NCBI GenBank assembly: GCA_003427395.1
Contig: BFEA01000033.1
Span: forward strand, 3,053,913 to 3,117,912
Length of the DNA: 64,000 nt
Source: Chara braunii
Lineage: Eukaryota; Plantae; Charophyceae
Direction of reading: 5' to 3'
Shown here: positions 62,994-64,000 of the stretch, one piece after another
Layout of the letters: every line of letters starts with the position of its first letter
How positions within the stretch are numbered: the stretch's first letter is position 1
Program-made: the position numbers and the translations under genes
Notes under the pieces: model-generated
Told to the model about the DNA's origin: nothing
Seen by the model: only the letters and a program-made list of their open reading frames with translations
The model's database searches: none

Positions 62994-64000
62994 TGTCAGA
63001 CCAAATACCCTTACAAGGGTATTTGGCCATGTTTTTACAATCGACACATCGATTGCATTGACCACCATTGTGATGTCAGTCTGAACTTAAAAGTGTACGC
63101 GTTCTTCGCGCGACACTTTGAAACGACTTTCCTCGACCGCTGAGGCCGGGGCAAAACGGTGAGAAAATTTCGTTAAGTATGCACGCGCGTTGTTGTGACG
63201 CGCGCTGTGATGGTTAGGATTAATAGTAATACCCTCTGACCGAAAGGATCGAGGGGTTGATTGAGTTAATGCTGTGTCGGGTAGATCCACGACACACACT
63301 GCGACTTGACCCGGTACCTGCCTACCTGCCGGTATTGGGCGTCTAAAAATACAAATGTTTGTCTTCCTCTACTCGGCCTCCTAATCGGGTACTCAACACA
63401 TCTACCTTTACTTGGTATGGCACTGACCTACCTGCCACTTGAGTGTTTCTGCCACGACCTTCAGTGTCATGGCCATAGCTAGGTACCGGCCTCTTTGCCC
63501 GCCACTTGAGTGTTTTCCCCGCCTCGACCTTCACTGTCGCGACCGCGACTAAGTACCGGCCCTTCGGGTCTCGCAAAGCAACCTAGTGCCCTTACAGGGC
63601 ACACACTCACGCAAGCCGACAAGCATTGGGATAGGCATGCAGGCCAGCAAGCAGGCACACGCCCAAGCTTAGGACAGGCTCGGGGCCACTAGGTGGGCTG
63701 AGCCCCAATCTTTTATATATGCCCGAGCGGCACCTTTATTAGTTAGAATAGGAGCTAGCTCAGTAGGTTTAGGGGTGGATTGTGATATAGGAGGTACGAG
63801 GATCGAGTCCACCTGACCTTTGAGCGAGTTCCTTTTTAAGGAGGACTTCACTTTTATTTATCTAGGACTCGGTCGCCCGGGGCTTGAACCCGCGACCTCT
63901 AGTTTAAGTTAGTTGCAGTTAAAGCCCGTCGTGACAAATGGCACGACAGGGTAGTTTGACAGTTAGATTTTCTCTTGTTTTTTTTCATTGTTTTTCTTTT
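62994..64000 (+). mobile_element. Family C LTR start (runs off the window)
   Basis: TGTCAGACC plus the hairpin caaataccct-taca-agggtatttg, inserted into satellite. It is an inverted homolog of the other C LTRs. Confidence 0.65.

Overview
A eukaryotic, almost entirely repeat-derived window with no intact host gene. It has two N gaps and one Nextera mate-pair junction adapter (12023-12060), which is an assembly artefact. The plant-type U6 and tRNA-Asp matches, the element style and the microsatellite load suggest a streptophyte with a large genome, possibly a charophyte such as Chara; this is inference only. Main content: (1) two decayed Ty3/Gypsy gag-pol elements, at about 2490-8080 (+) and 32841-44115 (-), the latter with an antisense coiled-coil/zinc-knuckle ORF. 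(2) Very long 'family A' LTRs, some with a tRNA-Asp PBS, and shorter 'family C' LTRs, nested in one another. (3) A hAT-like non-autonomous element carrying a 234-bp satellite. (4) A 3.7-kb diverged palindrome. (5) A ~4.7-kb duplicated LTR segment with an internal inversion. Most notable is a family of short, non-coding, 3'-anchored insertions in (TA)n runs that carry a type III hammerhead ribozyme (retrozyme/Penelope-like). Also notable are a hammerhead + tRNA-like + U6 fragment cluster, arrays of NCGGA-capped stem-loops in the giant LTRs, a 12.4-kb insertion bounded by two inverted copies of the same LTR end, and a tandem pair of unknown ~260-aa paralogous ORFs lying between a PBS and a PPT. 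All alignments were done by eye, so identities and some boundaries are approximate.
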